A stretch of 52,864 nt of DNA, counting the filler, from Basidioascus undulatus (taxonomy: Eukaryota), in the NCBI GenBank assembly GCA_000826855.1. It is 3 parts of 3 records of this genome, joined end to end, with 100 filler letters (N's around TTAATTAATTAA, not from the genome) between each part and the next. Parts side by side here need not be neighbours in the genome. Positions count along the whole stretch, not along the records: positions 35,315 to 52,864 come from JTLS01000528.1; 2 more parts are not named here. One strand, 5' to 3'. Shown here piece by piece: positions 49,168 through 52,864 of the stretch. Numbering within the stretch: the stretch's first letter is position 1; each line of letters starts with the position of its first letter. Below the pieces are notes generated by a model. That model made no database searches, had not been told where the DNA came from, and saw only the letters and a list, made by a program, of their open reading frames with translations. The position numbers and the translations under genes are program-made.

Positions 49168-50363
49168 TCAAGCTATACTCCATTTCCTCCCGCCCTCATC
49201 AACGAGCTCCACTCCCTTCTCCCCCAATTCCCTGCCCACTCGTTCCGCCCACCGCCTGACGTCCTCCTCCCCCTCCCCAAACCTGAGCGTCCTCGGCGCA
49301 GCTAGCCTGACCCTCACTTCCCGCACGACCTCCTCTCCCAGTCGCCCCAGCGCCGCCTCCAGTCTCTCGAGCCCCATCGGGCCCTGCCTTGCGACGCCGA
49401 GCTCCCTCAGCCTGAGTCCGCGCGCTCTCAGCACGTCCCCCAAGTCCGCCGGGACCTCTCCGGCCGGCCCGAACGAGAGCGTTTGCAGCGCCGGGCAGTG
49501 CGGGAGGAACTCCCTCGCGAGGTGCGGCGCGGAGAGGTGGAGGTGCGTGAGGTGCCTCGCGTGCGCGGCGAGGAAGTGCGGAAGCGGGGGGCACGCGCCT
49601 GGCGTGCCGGGGCGGATCTCGAGGGACGTCAGGGAGGGCAGCGAGCTCCGCGAAAGCCAGGAGAGGACGTCGCCCCACCCCCTGTCGCAGCCGACAGCGA
49701 GGGCGCGCAGGGCGGGCCAGGACACGCCGGGCAGGGAGGAGGTCTCCTCCCCCGCTACATCGTCCAGCTCTACGCGGAGCTCTTGGAGCGCCTCGAACCC
49801 CCCTAAGAGCCCAGCGAGCTCCCCGGGGCCTTGAATCCAGAGATCCAGGCGGTGGAGGGTGCGACGCGCCACTTGGCGCAGGGCCAGGAGCGTCGCGGGT
49901 CCGGGGCGGGCGTAGCCGGTCGAGAAGGTGCTGAGCTGCGGGAGGAGGAGGAGGATCGCTGGGAGCTCGGTCGGGTCGAGGGTGTGCAGCGTGTCGGGGA
50001 AAGAGAGCGTGAGGGTGCGGGTGTGGAGCGAGGGCGAGGGGAGGAAGTGGATCGTGTGACGTAGGAGGTGGGAGAGCAGCGACGCGAGGACGCGCGAGGA
50101 GCGCAGGACGAGGTCCCGGTAGAGGATGGGCGTCGCGAGGTCCTGCACCTCCCACACGGTTGAAGATTGATCAGCGTCCAGGGGCCGCGGAGGAGGATGG
50201 TACGCACCTTCCAAACTTTGCACACCCTCACCACCGTCCGTCGCGTGCGCAGAGCCGCGGGCGAGGGGATCGCCCACCCGCAGGGCGCGCGCATCGTCTC
50301 CCCGCCTGCGAGTTCGAGGATCCGTATCCACAGCTCGGGCGGCAGCGTCGACGTGTCCGGCAT
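49168..50363 (-). CDS. F-box/LRR protein (appears intact, 1 intron)
   Basis: MPDTSTLPPELWIRILELA..VVRVCKVWK|DLATPILYRDLVL, then LRR-like repeats (LPQLSTFS, LQELRV, WPALRALAV, LPSLTSLEI, CPALQTLSF). Confidence 0.85.
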
Positions 50364-50783
50364 GGCTTAAATTTCGTGGGCGGTCAAGCCATGGGTGGAA
50401 GGGGAGACTGAGTAAGAAATGGCTATGTAACCTCGTATGAGTGCGGGTTGGACGCGAAGACGAGAAAAGCATCCGGCCCGGACCACCTCCCGAGTTTTCT
50501 TCGTGGAGGATCAGATTCGAGCACTGCTCGATGTCCGCGTCGTCCTGATGCATACGTCACTGCGATGCAAGCCAGGTTGTCGTTCATGCTATTCATGCAA
50601 GCGTTCCATCGTTGCATCGTCGTTCCCATCCTCTGTCCTTCCCTCTCTCAGCGTCCTTCCACTCCTCTAAACAATCACGCTCCCCCCATCGTGCCTCATC
50701 TTTCCTCCCATCCGTCCGTCCCAAACCGCGCTCCCCGTCCCCAGGGAGCCGCACCCCAATCCACACATCCCCGAGCAACCACT

Positions 50784-52015
<1,232 letters not shown>

Positions 52016-52095
52016 TTTTATTGGAGTTTGGGGTGAGCGATTGGGGTGGGGTGAGGTGAGGAACGGAGGAAGAGGGGGGAAGAAGGGAGACGGAC

Positions 52096-52864
52096 ATGTG
52101 CGCGCCCATGCGTTTCACCCGGCTATCCAAAGCGAAGCACATCACATCAAATCAGCCACTGCATATCTCCCTCAGAAAGGCGAGCCAAGGAAGAAGCGCA
52201 CGAAGTGGACGAGCAGTATTGATACTGCGCCCCGCATCAACCGAGTAAGCCCCACTTCCCACAGCGACAAGAAATTACTGCACTGAATGGAAGGGGAGAG
52301 ACGCACCATCTCCGCGCACGCCGGGAGCGCCCACAGAAAGATCATCGCGAGGCGGGTAATGACGATCGGGTGTTCGGGCTGCATGTACAAGATCGTCTTG
52401 AGGTCTGTCGTTCCCATGCATCCCCACCCGCCCTCACGCTCATCAGCCTCCATCCCATTTTCCCCTTCCTCTTTCCCCTCCCTCCCTTTCCCTCCTTTCC
52501 CCACGCCTCCCCGACCCTGAGCCTGACCCGGACCCCGACCGACCCCGACCGACCCCGACACCGACCCCCAGGGAACAAGACGCACAAAAAACATTAAGCT
52601 CCCCCGCCAGCAGTATAGTAAGCAGCGCAACGACGCTGACGTAGTCGCGCAGGCTGCGCGTCCCGTGCCAGTGGAACACCGTCCAGTCGTGCGGTAGCAG
52701 CTGCGACGCGACGCGCTTTGTTTTCGCCCGGATGCCGCGCGAGGCACGGAAGCCGTGCCAGGAGAATTTCTGTGGTGGGATGGGGGGTCGGGGTGGAGAA
52801 GGGAGGAGAGGGAGGAGGAGGCCGATGTGAAGGGGGGTGCTGCGAGCGACACTGGTACTAGGAG
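52096..52864 (-). CDS. Base-exchange phosphatidylserine synthase (PSS/PTDSS family), internal exons only; 5' end outside window, 3' exons not found
   Basis: Exons 52769-52586, 52404-52307, 52224-52202 and 52122-52096 give KFSWHGFRASRGIRAKTKRVASQLLPHDWTVFHW..LLAGELNVF|YLKTILYMQPEHPIVITRL..PACAEM|YQYCSSTS|RVKRMGAH, matching PTDSS K.KR..QF.P.SW..W and ELNTFYLK.vLW.PP.H..V..RL motifs. Confidence 0.88.

Noticed and set aside
52515..52570. GACCCCGACC-type short repeats as a CRISPR or telomere-like array
   Set aside because: Low-complexity repeats inside a PSS intron, without unique spacers or a telomeric unit.

Overview
Intron-rich fungal genomic DNA, most likely a basidiomycete (inferred from gene content and GTRNGT..YAG introns of about 50-80 nt). 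It consists of three contigs joined by two 100-bp N-TTAATTAATTAA-N spacers. GC-rich conserved genes: histone H3 3' end, prefoldin 3, Arp2/3 subunit 5, SLA1 start, an Mbp1/Swi6-family APSES-ankyrin factor, PEX5 end, CWC22 and adenylate kinase. These alternate with accessory or decaying genes: an RlpA/loosenin-like protein, a GMC oxidoreductase, two F-box-like pseudogenes, a DGAT2 pseudogene, an SDR, a P450 and a GPI-anchored ThuA protein. Manual splicing recovered genes the ORF track misses: a micro-exon-rich DUF6533-like membrane protein, an M50B metallopeptidase, and an animal/plant-type base-exchange phosphatidylserine synthase whose 3' end runs directly into ADK1. Best leads: (1) the PSS gene and its junction with ADK1; (2) a free-standing kexin-prodomain-like protein ending RAKR-GGDEL, head-to-head with (3) a TLC protein that has two His->Tyr substitutions and a 3-nt micro-exon; (4) a loosenin-like protein lacking its conserved Asp and Cys pair. 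No tRNA, rRNA, CRISPR array or recognisable transposon was seen. All family calls rest on recalled motifs, not database searches, and some 1-nt indels may be sequencing errors.
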